The translations under genes were made by a program, and so were the position numbers. A DNA stretch of 51,836 bases, filler included, from Ionaspis alba (Eukaryota): the NCBI GenBank assembly GCA_964255285.1. It is 2 parts of 2 records of this genome, joined end to end, with 100 filler letters (N's around TTAATTAATTAA, not from the genome) between each part and the next. Parts side by side here need not be neighbours in the genome. Positions count along the whole stretch, not along the records: positions 1 to 25,923 come from CAXUUL010000152.1; positions 26,024 to 51,836 come from CAXUUL010000153.1. One strand, 5' to 3'. Positions 24,162 through 36,148 of the stretch are shown here, one piece after another. Under the pieces are notes generated by a model. It was not told the DNA's origin. It was given only the letters and a program-made list of their open reading frames with translations, and searched no databases. Positions within the stretch are counted from its first letter, which is position 1; each line of letters opens with the position of its first letter.

Positions 24162-25748
24162 TCATCCGTGCTGTCTTTGACTTCTCAATCTCTCATTGAA
24201 AGCCGAGGAAAAATCCCAGTCACCTTCACTCGCTCCTATCATGAGAAGATCTAATCCCCTGAGATTGGGCGCGGCTCGAGTTAGCTTTGTTATGAGTTCG
24301 TCAGCATTTTCGTATGGAGGATGGCTATCTGCACGTTCAGGTGGTTCAATCGAGAGAGACTCCAGTGCTGGAAACAGACCCGGACCCGCAGCACTGAGCA
24401 GCTCGTCGAAGCGAATCTCACCAGTCAGGCTACAATTTGATAGCTTCTTGCAATGTGTACCAAGTGAGAGCAACGATTGGGTAGTGATGATGGCGTGTTC
24501 CAGCTTTAGGGTCAACTCCCGCACCTTTGGGAGCTGGCGTGCCACTTGCTCGATTGTCGTATCTGTGATCTCATCGGTATCCAAGCAGCCTGTGAACTCT
24601 GGGTCTTGGTCGCTTGGAAGTTTAAGTTCTTCCAACTCACGGGCACAAGTGACAAGCAGTAGCAGATCAGAACCTCGTACTATACTTTCAGGACCGAACC
24701 GCATATGCAGCCGTTTCAACCGAGTGAGCTGAGCGCTTGCAATAGCCTGGAAACTATCCTTCGACTGGCCAAAAGGACGTATCACCAGTTCCTGTAACGC
24801 TTTCAGATGTGGTAAAAGTATTTGGAGTCCCTCATCAGATACAGCAATGGACAATCTCTCGAGGCAAGGGAATAAAGAAATATCTGGATCTCTGTCAATG
24901 TTGACGTTCCGTAAATAATGCTCAGGAACATTGGGAAGTTCAAGCACTTTGAGTGACTGGTGCTCAGCGACAGACAGCAGGGTCTTAGTTGACATGAGAT
25001 CGTCAAAACCGTCATGTAACTCAAGCGATGTTAATGACTTCATGGCCCTTAGAAAATGAGCAAAGCAATCGACGGAAAGTGTCCCATCAGTTTTCTGACG
25101 CTCAACATCCAAGGAGAGAAGGAGTAACTCTAGCCTAGGACAGCGCCGCTGCAATGATATATCAGTCGATTTCCCATATTAGACGAAGCTTCTGTTGTAG
25201 AACTGTCTTACCTCCATTGCCAAAAAAAGATCGTCTGACAAGACAACACCGTACGATGGATATCCAAAATATATCCAAAATTTCTTCAGGCTGGGCTGCA
25301 AATACTGTAACAGTAATGAAGTTCTAGTGTAAAGATGGCTGAAAGGTCCACTCTGGATTGAGATTTCCGAAAGACGTGGGAAGTCGATGTCTTTAAAAAG
25401 GTAGTGATATCGACCTTCGTCCAAGGTGCCATCAGAATGTTCTGTATCCGCATCTTCGATCCCAACCTCTAAAGACTGAATGCAATTGGCGTACCATTGG
25501 AGTCGCTCCGGTTTCTCTGTGAGAGCTGCTAAGTGGCGCATCTTCGGGAATTTTTGCGAGTCGGCACCTAGAAAGCCGCTACCACAATGGCTCCAAAGAA
25601 CCTTAGTAGCCTCTTCAGCCCATCGTGAATTCACTCGTATGCAGGCAGCCAGTGCCGAGTCATCTTCAAGGAAGCCACATATGGTAGATATTAGTTCGGG
25701 GAGCGACAGTGCTTGATCAGTCGCTCGGAGTCGCGTGTGTGTCGCCAT
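24162..25748 (-). CDS. F-box/leucine-rich-repeat (RNI-like) protein; 2 exons
   Basis: ALSLPELISTICGFL..LAACIRVNSRWAEEATKVLW F-box-like helix. Intron 25149-25211 (GTAAGA..CAG). Many LRR-like units (CPRLELLLL, FPCLERLSI, LPHLKALQELVI, FPALESLSI, APNLRGLDL). Confidence 0.82.
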
Positions 25749-25923
25749 CACCGTTCGTCTGTCTCTCAGATGTTTAGGAGTATCACTTGTGACGGAAGGA
25801 TCAGGCTTTAGATACTGCAGAAGAACGGCAATGCTGAAGAAGGATCTCAATTGCGAAAGTAAGCTTGGAATCTCAGAAATGCAGTAGAACTGTAAAGCAG
25901 AATACACCCGCGTCTCAGCCTCA

Positions 25924-26023
25924 NNNNNNNNNNNNNNNNNNNNNNNNNNNNNNNNNNNNNNNNNNNNTTAATTAATTAANNNNNNNNNNNNNNNNNNNNN
26001 NNNNNNNNNNNNNNNNNNNNNNN
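25924..26023. other. Artificial 100-bp contig linker: N44-TTAATTAATTAA-N44
   Basis: Symmetric N runs around a 12-bp palindrome (25968-25979) that places TAA in all six frames. Confidence 0.9.
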
Positions 26024-26192
26024 GATGGTAGGAGTTGGGGAGGGTGATGCGGAGTTTGTGCCGAAGGAGTATTTGTTGAGGATTCAGGGAAAGGGGAAAT
26101 TGGAGCTGTTCGAGAAGGTGAAGGTGAAGATCAGTGATGTGTTGGAGAAGGGGACGGGAAAGAGGAAGCTGAGGATGGAGGTTGTGTGGTAG
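26024..26192 (+). CDS. DIS3: 3'-terminal fragment, probably exosome nuclease Dis3/Rrp44 (S1 domain end); 5' part lost in the gap
   Basis: Open frame from the gap edge: MVGVGEGDAEFVPKEYLLRIQGKGKLELFEKVKVKISDVLEKGTGKRKLRMEVVW*, resembling the fungal Dis3 C-terminus (LF.KV.V.I.D..E..TGKR.+.M.+V). Only 55 codons visible. Confidence 0.65.
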
Positions 26193-27070
26193 TGTGGTTG
26201 GGGACGCTGAAGGGTGCAAGTGGGAGTGTGGCGAAGGTACGGAGTGGATTGTGCGTCGGGTAATAACTGCTTGTAGACATAGAGTTTGGTAGCATCCTAC
26301 CGGATCCAGATCCGTGGCAGTAATGTGCGTGGCTGCCGCGAGAGAGCTGCATGGCAATGTACCAGATCCTGCACGTTAGGTGCCAGATGGTCCTGCATGT
26401 TAGATAGCTAGATCGCAGTTGCATGGACGCCACTATCATTTGACCTACAGGTTGGTCTGTCCAATTTCGGCACAGAACATGAGATGAGCCTCTAAACGTT
26501 TTGAATTCCATAAATTACAATTACTCTAGAAACGCCTATGGGCGCCGCAAGTAGCCGACGATGTCTCGTCTCTCGAAGCAACACAGTCAATGTAGTAGTA
26601 GTACAGGTACAAGAAGCGAAAAGTCAGAGCGAAAGATTTCCACCAGCCGAACAGCCCCCGTTCAAGTAGCAAGAAAGCCAGTAATCTCGGCGGTGTCGTA
26701 TATCCACCTGCCTCCAGTCATTCCACGCGCCCTCATGACACGACCAATCCCCTCCGAGTCCCTATATCCTGAAAGAAAGAAAGACAGTTTTTCAATCTAG
26801 TCCACAATCCAACCACGACACTCAGAAAAGAATTAAGATCAGTCAGGCCCAGTCCCCATGAAGCAAATGCCTTAAAGGTAGCGGTGTGCTAGTAGACAAG
26901 AATGCCGATGGAACAATGCCGATGAAGCAATGCTTTTTCTCGTATGAAGTGGCCAAGCTAGCTCAATGAACGAGTAGCAGTCCATGATCGTAAATGCGTA
27001 AGAACGAAGTCAAAGATGGAGCGACAATACCGGTGATTGTACAGATGGTGGTAGAAAGTATACCGTACGC

Positions 27071-29440
27071 TCAGAAGTCATCGGGTCCGGAGTTCTGGAA
27101 GGTGAATTGCTTGGGCCGATAAGGTTCCTTGGGTGGTGCATGTGAGTCCTCTGGCTTTGGGAAGGTCGTCATGACAACCTCGAGCTCCTTCTGAGGTGGT
27201 GGCGGGTTGGGGTAGAAGTGAGCATGTCCATGGCCGCGTAGAGGAGGAGAGTCGTGGATGATGTGCGGGTGCTGGAAGTTGTACATGCCCGGTTGCGGGT
27301 GGTAGTCGAATGAAGGAGGAACCTGCTGTTGAGGCATCTGAGGTTCTGTCGGATAATAGAAGTAGGACTCAGGGAGTTGAGGTTGATTAGGGAAATAGCC
27401 AGAGGGTGTGACGGGCATGGCTTGGAAAGGTGGCGAAACGTTGGGGAAGGACACCATGTGTGCTGGGGCGGATTGCGGCGGTGCCATGTACTGAGCTTGG
27501 GCTTGGTAGTGAGGCATGAAGCCTGCGCCTTGTGTGAAGGGAGTGTGAGGAGACGACTTTGCGTGGCTTTCGAATGGATTGATTTGCTGATTTTGGGTAG
27601 GCAGGATATTCGGATTCGAGTTCGAGTGCACGAGAGGTTTGGTCCAACCCGCAACCGAATGCTCGTTTGATACTGGCGACTGTGGAGTGACCGGAGTTGG
27701 CCCACTGTTTGGTTGAACAAAAGAAGAATTGGTAGGAGGTCCGGATTGGAGCTCGTCGAATGTCATGGCTTCGTGGAAGGTCTGGAAAGATAATGGAGAC
27801 CGTTGTGGCGGAGCGACAGACTTCTGGACGCGGCCACCGATAACATTAAGGTTGTTTCCTGTAGACTTGATGCGTCGAACAGAATTCGACACTCCCAGGG
27901 GAGCAGTCTTCATCACAGGCGACAAGTTCTGAGGTCCGGTACAAGAATGACTCCTCATCCCCATAGTGCCAAGAGCAGCTGGTCGTGGACGTTTCCTGCG
28001 AGCTGCGAGGCTGAGTTGTGGAATTGGTGGTGTTTTGAAGACGACCTCCTCGTCCGAAGTCTGCTGTGACTGCACCCTTTGTAGCTGGATAGTGTTGAGG
28101 TCTTTGGCCAGCTCAGATGAATCTGATCCTCTTCTAGAGAAGGGTTCTTGAGGTAAAGGAATAGCCGCAGGGTTAATGAAAGGAGGCGAAGACTTCGGGC
28201 TCGGACCCATGAATTGAGTCTGCATGACTCCTGTTTCAGTTTGTGAGGCAGTTCTAGAACTCTGAACCGAAGGTTCATTGCTTGGTAATGTGAAAGCCCC
28301 TGCGTTAGATGGAACATGAGGGATATCGTGCTGTTGCTTCATAGCTGGTGCAATAGGTGCAGCAGACTGCTGTAGGAGCAATTGATTATCAGCGACTGGG
28401 CTTTCGAATTGCTGCGGGTGGTTCCACGAGTTGGTTGTCGTTTGCAGCTCTTCTTCCCAGGCTGCGAATGCAGAAGCGGGTATCCCGTTGCCATTCTGTA
28501 GACTATTCTCGAAATAGTGCTCCGCGGCAGTTTCTAGATCGGCAAAGTTGAGGTCTTGTCCATCAGCTACCTCGACCGAAGGAAAGGCAAAACTCTGCTG
28601 AGAAGCCAAAAAGTTGTTGACGTTGTCATCAATCGCCAGCGGAGCTTGTAGGGGGGCGTTGTTAGTCATTGCCATCTGGCGCTCGTGATGATTAGGTATC
28701 TGAGGTGGATTTTGATGCACAGGCGGTTGAAAAATGTGGTTTGGGTTGAAGGTCATAAGGTCGTTTGGGCCGCCGACGGAGTAAGCCATCTGCTGCTCTG
28801 TCTCGCCCTGCGAGAGCGGCGAGATGAGCCCTGAAGCTGGTGGAGAAAACTGATATGGCTGAGCAGGATAACCCTGTGCCGCATACTGAAACTGCATGTC
28901 CTGATATGCTATCATATTCGCAGGATCAATCTGAAGGACACCAAAAGTCTCCATCTTGCGCGTGGTGTTCTTGGCCTTTGCCCTTCGGTTCTGATACCAA
29001 TTCTATCGGAACATGTCAGTAAGAGCCAGACTGCGATGGATTTCAATAGAGCGGAATTAATCACTTACATTGACTTTGTCAAGCGTGAGTCCGATCTGCT
29101 GTGCCAATTTCTTCTTGTCTGCAGTCACAGGTTTATGATCGCGACTAAAGTGCTGCTCCAAGACGTGCGTCTGCTCCGCCGTCAGACGAGGTCGACTCGA
29201 GGTGTCCGCTTCTTCCGTGTCTTTCTGAACCGGAGACGTGTATGACATGTTGTGCCTATGAGAAGACTGGGTCTGTGGGACCTTGGATTGGGAGTTGTGA
29301 GTCTGTTCAGCTTGTTGTTGGTCAAAATTGGAAGGGACTTGGTAGCCGTAGTAGTCGAAGGAAGGAGCACTCTGATCAGGCGGAAATCGTTGTTCAAAGC
29401 TCATTAGCATGTGATGCTCAGAGCTACCAACATATGCCAT
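27071..29440 (-). CDS. hbxA: Homeobox transcription factor of the HbxA/Hbx1/Pah1/KAL-1 type; 2 exons
   Basis: Intron 29003-29068 splits helix 3: SRPRLTAEQTHVLEQHF..KKKLAQQIGLTLDKVN/NWYQNRRAKAK. Downstream LAARRKRPRPAAL, RRIKSTGN, PPQSAP and terminal FTFQNSGPDDF motifs are typical of this group. Confidence 0.85.
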
Positions 29441-32400
29441 CAAGTTGAGCAGACAATCGCTCGTATTTCCGTCGGGATGAAAATTTGAGTGATCCAGGTA
29501 AGGTTGGACTCGAAGGAAGAAGGTTCGTAGGACGTGGGGTCAAGGCATACTATGACACACTACCATTTGGCGACCGGTGGAGCAATTGCTTAAATGACAG
29601 TTCGAGGCAATTGAATGCCTCTCAGTGATGAGCGAGTGTATTACTATTGAAGAAAAGCGAACAGGCTTGCGAAACCGGATCAACGAAGGTGGTGTGTGCG
29701 TGAAAGGGAGCATCGACGGAGACAGCGGAGGGAGAGAAATGCCCAGCAGAGTTGTGGAGTCTAGTCAGCCGGCTTTAGTGCGAGAACAGGTGAGGGACAA
29801 CTTCGGCGCCCCAGAGTAAGGCTCGACTACTGGCTCTGCGTCGATTGCCACGCCCACACATGAAGAGTAACGACAGTAGCTGGAGTAGAATTGGGATAGG
29901 ATGTGGTTCAGGAGCATGGAAAGCGACTAGAAGGGCAGCAAGCAACCCTCAGGACGCATTGGCGTCGTGCACGACTCGACGAAGCGATGGGGGTCTTTTT
30001 CTTTACGAGCCAAGAAGGCGGTTGCAGGTCCTTGCAGCATGCAGTGATCAGGCGTCAAGGCAGGATGGGTGTCGAATGGACATGTTTCCAGCAAGCCTCC
30101 TAGGCGATAGCCCTTCCTTTCCTTCCGGACGATAATCACTTGATAGAACAGAGCCAGCATCTTCGGAAGGAGACCATCCAATGATGATAGGATATCTCCT
30201 TTCTTTTTTTTTCGCGACTGTGACAATCACTTCAGATCAAAACAGCCGTCTCAGTTGAGGCTCCCATGTGTGTCTTGCAGTTCGAGGTTGAAGCGCTCCT
30301 GCTCCTGCTCCTGCACCAAAACTACCAGCATTTTCCCTACTGAAGATCCTCCCTATCCTGTCCTCCGGGAACCGATCAGATGCCGTAGATGCCTGCTCTG
30401 GAGTGAATCATGGACCCGGACAATCAACAGGTCGCATATCCTGGATCCCCAAAGCACTAGACATGTATGATGAACTCTGCTATCTGAATCCTGATGATGG
30501 AATAATGAATCTATCTCTTCTCCTTTGCGTCCCTACTCTTGCACAGCTTACGTAGGTAGGGTCAAGAGGGATGGATAGGTAGACATGGAAGTTACCAGAC
30601 TTGCGAGTGATTATTTGGAAAGTTCGGATGCTCAAGGGATCCCATCATCTTTTCTCCAAGGGGGTGGATGGATGCTTCTTCGACTTTCACACTTCCGGTT
30701 AGGACAATGGGCAGCTTGGTTGGCTGCCGGGGGTGTCGGGGAGGCACGACCATCTGCACGGCCTGTCATTTGCCGCGAGCTTGGTGAGTCCCGGCAGGAA
30801 CACTAAGAACAACTCTATTGCTGTATCCTCACCACTCAGCACAACCACATCATCTCGCTTGAGTGGCAAGGGCTTGCCCGAGCAGGCGAGCGAAGGAGAA
30901 GGAAGGCAGGATGGCCTTTCTACCCTTTCCACGACCCTTTGTTTTTTCCACCACTGTCTGTATTGGTCACTAATCGTCACTAGGAAATCCAAATCGAATG
31001 GCTGCCCCCTGACCAACTGGTGGCCGTCGCCGTGTACACCCAGGTGTCATCCGTCCGATAGGTGTTCCGATGATTGGATCGGTGTATGAATCCAGTATGG
31101 TGGTCGATCTGGCTTTGTCACACCCCCGTTCCCTGCCGCTGTACGACTCAAAGCAGCAAAAAAGACGATACTGCGACCCAGATAGTGCCAGTCGCAATGA
31201 TTCCCGCGAAATGAGAAGTCGGCTCTCGGCCTTGTCGTACCCGGTATTTTGTCCACGGATGAGCTTGTTTGGCAGAGATTTGGTCGCTTGAAGGAATACC
31301 GATCGTAGTGCTTGCTGATGCGAGCAGATCTATCCGATAATCTCCCCCAACTCGAACAGATTGTATCTCCATGCCACGTGGGAGAGGTGGTGGGGGCAAG
31401 TTCTCCCTCCTGCTGAAAATAGGTTGCACCCCTGAGTGCATCATCCATCGAAATCTCCACTTCTGTGCAGGCTTTCCGACTGCATGATGATAGTGATCAC
31501 GAACAAGAGAATATGGACTTGAGCTGCAAGATTCAAGGTTCGCAGAACGTTGTCCGGAAGCTGCAGATGCGCTGTCGAGGGATGCTTCCAAGTCTCGTGC
31601 CTCTGCAGCAAAGCACGATTTTTCGTGTGTGGGTGGTGTTGTTGGGTGTGTGGATGGCATCACGCACGATGAGGCTATCCAGAGAGCCCACCCAAGTCGT
31701 TAGAATACGAGGCCATAGGCTGCCAGAACATGGCACCGAACAGGATAGTAAGACATGGGTGATGCGTTTATCCGCTGTGTCGGAATCCAATCTTCTAGCT
31801 CTGGCTCAGTATCCTATCCCCTGGGCCCAGCTGTCTTTCACCCGCCATTCATCCTGCTCGAGATCTTTGGGGTTTCCCAAGCGTGTGCTCGTATCATGTA
31901 CCTGCAGAGGACTAAGGTATCTAGAGACTGTTGCGCCCCGCACGCCTTTGCTGTCTCGGTGTTGGCGACCCTCCAGCTGTTCAAGCTCCCGCCTCTCTCA
32001 ACTAAATGCCTTCGGCAAGTCCCCCCTCCGGTAGGCGTGCGGCTGCCTCATGGCTCCAACATCGACGAATAACGAGGTGTCCGACACCCTCTCCGTGATC
32101 GCACTTTCTCCTCCACCCGCTGATCACGCTTCCCGTGTGGAGCTAATTCGCTGGAAATTGAGTTTGTGTGGCCGCCGCCAGTGTTTGCTCCGTTGATGAC
32201 AGCGGCACATTCTGTTTCTCAACGGGCATCAGAGGATCCGGATGACTGCCCAGTTGCCCCTCAGCGATGACTATTGGAAGCTGATGATCTCTGTCCGATC
32301 GATGACCTGCTGAAAAAAAGGCTTCGACGGCTCTTGCCAATTGCTGGAGCAAAAGAAAAAGGTCGGCGAATACCATCATTAAATCCTTGCTTGTGCAGCA

Positions 32401-32864
32401 GCCCAGGCGCACTCGGTCACACTGCATCAGCTGTGTTGAAGTCCCAGCAAGCGCCACATGACTATCTTGCAAAATTGCTTGGTCTACTTTTACCCGACTG
32501 CATGATCGAAGAAATCTAGCTTCTTTACTAGGTTCGAAGAACGTGTGGTATACACCTCGCACGGCGTCGCTGCGCTCTGCAGAGCATGCTGAGGGAATGG
32601 CCGATTTGCTGGTGATCGGCTATTTTGAATGATCGCCACTGGGGAACAAAGCCCTTAGCTTGCTTTGGCTGCTGAAGGAAAAAGCAACTGGTAGGACTAC
32701 TGCTGTACGCGTGGGCCGAAGCGGCTTATCTGTAGACTTTGAAGCGATCAAGCTTCCAACGTCACGGGCTTCTCCTTCTTACTGGACATTATTTCAAGCT
32801 TTAGCTTCGTGTAAGGAGGAGAAGCCCTCGTTGCCGTTGCCCGGAATGTCTTCGATTCAAGCCC

Positions 32865-33795
32865 TTACATTCGCAAGGTATTACGCAATTCCATCTGCCA
32901 AAATCCCGTCCCCTCCTCCCTACCCACAAAGCTAACGCTCCGAAGATCTTCTACGATCCAGTCCGCACCCGCTTCCTTGATGCGCTCGATGCTGTGAGTC
33001 GTACTGAGACCCACGACCCGACAGCCAGCAGCTTTGCCTGCTCGGACCCCTGCGGGTGCATCTTCAATGACCAAAGCGGGTGCGTCCGGCTCCAGACCCA
33101 ATCGAGTCTTTCCTAGCAGATAACATGCCGGATCAGGCTTGCCCTTCTCCACGTCCTCGGCCACAACGTTGTTTTTGGGATAGGCCAGCTTCAACCTGTC
33201 GAGCCAACCATCCATCAGCGGTCTAGTCCCAGATGTCACGATAGCCCATGGCACGTTGTGGGCGTCCAGGGAGTCGAGCAGGGCCCGAGCCCCAGGGATC
33301 TCCACGGCATCGCCTCCGTATTGCTTGGGAATGAGCCCTTCCATGTGGCTGATGTCTGCATGGAATCCATCAGAGAATAATTTCACTTCGGATGGACAGT
33401 GTGGTTGCACGCATGGAGGGGTAGCGGGCTGGGTGGCATTCTACTAACATTGCCAATTTGCTTTCGAAGGATCATACATTTGAAGCACATCTATAGATCT
33501 TCGACCGTGAGAGGTTGCGAGAATTACTTCTGGATCCACTCCCAGCTCCTTTCCCAGTCTGATTCTTGATCAGCAAATGCGTCTTTGAAGAGGGGAGGGG
33601 AAGCCGCGTGACTTGTGCCAGTGTTTCACAATTGCGTCTGTTCAACACTTTTAGAGACTCTTCTCAAATACCTTGCCAGAAAGGCGGAAGCAAACCTGTA
33701 CTATCCATCAAGGTTCCGTCCATATCAAAGAGAAGACCGGCAAAGGAGTGGGTCTCTGCTAGACCTGTAAAGGAGGGTGGTGAGGTCGACGACAT
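32865..33795 (-). CDS. GPP1: HAD-superfamily glycerol-3-phosphatase / 2-deoxyglucose-6-phosphatase-like enzyme; 4 exons
   Basis: LLFDMDGTLMDST/DAIVKHWHK/LGKELGVDPEVILATSHGRR..IPGARALL..WAIVTSGT..GKPDPACYLLG..VIEDAPAGVRAGKAAG (HAD motifs I-IV). Confidence 0.85.
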
Positions 33796-34466
33796 GTTGA
33801 ACAGTTCTATGATGCAGTCTACTATGTAATGAACAAGATCTAGGGATTATTGTGAGGAAAAAGGAACAATCGTCGCATAAAAGATAGCGTTATATCAGAC
33901 ATAGAATTGTAGAAAATCGTCGTGTCCCCAACGGATGCGTTGCGGGCTGACCCGCCATGCTCGCGGATCCGATATCGCTTATTAGTCCAGGCACGCTTCA
34001 TTCCCCCCTGAAGACCATTGGTCGAATTACATGAGTCTGCGTTAATGCTCAACAATGATACGACACTATACCTACCACTCCTTTCGTGTTGATTCCGAAG
34101 CTCGAGGTTTATTTCCAGGTATGTAGCGGATACGGAAGAGACAAAAAGCTTCCTCACCGCCTCCAGTTTTTCTCACGGAGACCCACTTAGACCAAACGCG
34201 AGGAGTATCTCCGTATGCGGTTCAGCTCATGGGCGAAGCACGTTTTTCACACATCATTGGCTCGGCAGGTTTGTGAATGTTTTAGATGTCATACGCCAAT
34301 CAGTATCAGAGTTCCATGAAGCATGTAGTGACTGAACCGTGGAACGGAGGATATTTCGTTACAACGCCGTCCAACCTATACCACAAGCCGTATTCGATCG
34401 TCCCTGATCTCGACTCGTACGACAAAGTAGGCCAGCCTACAGCGTCTTGCTTCCAACTTGGCACCA

Positions 34467-35403
34467 TCATCGTACATAGACCTCCTCACGGCGATCCCAA
34501 GTGATTTCCGGACCGCGAGCCATGTCCGGCCCAGCAAGCAACTTCTGCTCGTGATATTCCCTCTTCTCGATGTGACGCATGTACGCCTTGTGATGCTCAC
34601 GTCGCTGGTTTTCCATGTTCTTCCAGCCATTCACGGCGTTATTGACACCAATGGCAGCAACCCCGACGCTAAAGAGGTCGAGCATGATTGCGTTGGTCTT
34701 CTGTCTCTTCAGCTCAGAATTGCACATGTAGCCTTCAGCCACCAGCCTGCGGCGGGCCTTGTGTGCCTTTGACGATTGATAGATGTTGTTGGCTGCTGCT
34801 ACTGTAGTGATAGATGCAAGTCCTGCTGCAATGAGCTTCCGATTACGTGCTTTCTTTTCCTTACGCCTCTCCTCCTCAGAAGAGTAATATTCCCAATCAT
34901 CATCTGCCTCCTTGTTCAGTTTGGGCTTGTGCGGGTTGTCGTTGCAGAGATCGCTGCAGGGCACGATATTGGTGTTTTCCCGCTTTGAGATTTGTCTATG
35001 CGAAGACCGACGACGAGAAGAGTCGGAATCAGAGTCGTATCGCATAACTCGGCCTGAAACGAGTAAGATAAGACGCAGGATCTCGCATTAGGTATCTCAC
35101 CTTCTTCCAAAACTGTGCTATGCTGCCTCCTAGAACTAGTGGAGCGGCTCGTCCGCCTTCCTCTACCTGAGTCTTCCCGGTAATCAGCCGAGCGTGCTCG
35201 TGGAGGGTAGTCATCGTGCGTGCTGTGTCGATGCACGTAGACTTCTTCGACAGAATCGCCATCATCTGGAGCCCGAGGGATCAACCCGCCGCGACGACTT
35301 GAGCTTCTACGTCGAGTTCGCAAGACCTCTTTGGAAGTAGTCAGAAGCTGATCATGGCGGCAAATTGTTTGTCAAACTTACCATTGTCACTATAATCAGG
35401 CAT
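34467..35403 (-). CDS. Uncharacterised Arg/Ser-rich protein (DUF3824-like); 3 exons
   Basis: MPDYSDNE/VLRTRRRSSSRRGGLIPRAPDDGDSVEEV..LEEG/RVMRYDSDSD..SSEEERRKEKK..LIAAGLASITTVAAANNIYQS..LDLFSVGVAAIGVNNA; GTAAGT and GTGAGA donors with in-frame acceptors. Confidence 0.7.
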
Positions 35404-35584
35404 CTTGACTGGAAGGTAGATATGGTACTTGTTAGACAAAGAAGATAATAATTCGAGTTTGAATATTAGTCACGCTTGCTCCAGGCCAGGGAATTAAGAA
35501 ATCAAAAATCAACTAGTTCAATGGGCAGTCACTGGGAATATGTAGAGGGCGTACAAAATCATTGGGGCTTGTAGCAGTGTGAAA

Positions 35585-35608
35585 TGCTGTTGCTGTTGTT
35601 GTTGCTGT
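35585..35608. repeat. (TGY)8 trinucleotide microsatellite
   Basis: tgctgttgctgttgttgttgctgt in the divergent intergenic region. Confidence 0.7.
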
Positions 35609-36148
35609 TGGGATCGTTGGATTCGGATCTGCAATTCTAGAGAAGAGGAAGACGACATGTTGTCCTCACCCAAACCAAAACGCACTCTTCCGACAGTGAA
35701 TCACTGTAACTGGATGGCACAGAGAATCGACTTCCCGGACGTAACAGCCAAGTTGGCAATCATTGTTCAAGTCGCGGTGAATCTTGGACCAACCAATTGA
35801 TAAGGACGGTGGCAGCTTTTAGTTGTTGCTGTGCTATCCGCAGTAGTGGACTGATACAAGTGGTCACCCAACAGACAGACAAGCTCAAGTCTTGCAACCC
35901 GCCACCGTCTTCGATCTGAGCGATGAAATGACATGGACTTGATGTTCCATGGAGCAGGCTCTGCGAATTTAAAGCGCCACGACGAACGTGGTGTTTGCGT
36001 AGAATTGTGGAAAAGCAGCCTGACAGCCAGGGATGAATTAGCTTCGGCGCGGGCCGTTCGGACCCGGCGAAATCTTGGCATTCACCATATAACTTTTTGA
36101 CCATCTTAGTCGTTAGGGACTGTAGGTTTACAAATCATAGAGCTCGAA

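Noticed and set aside
25968..25979. Perfect palindrome TTAATTAATTAA as a possible homeodomain or transposon target site
   Set aside because: Centred in symmetric N44 runs totalling 100 bp; artificial linker.
26361..26935. Short imperfect tandem duplications (cagat..cctgcaYgttag x2; aatgccgatgRaRc x2)
   Set aside because: Two-copy slippage repeats in 3' UTR/intergenic DNA; no spacer structure, not CRISPR-like.
30467..30530. ATGATGA..CTGA..TGATGA resembling a box C/D snoRNA
   Set aside because: No terminal D box, terminal stem or recognisable rRNA guide.
30255..32562. Numerous 60-190 aa ORFs upstream of the homeobox gene
   Set aside because: No domains, no consistent splice models, overlapping on both strands; consistent with chance ORFs.
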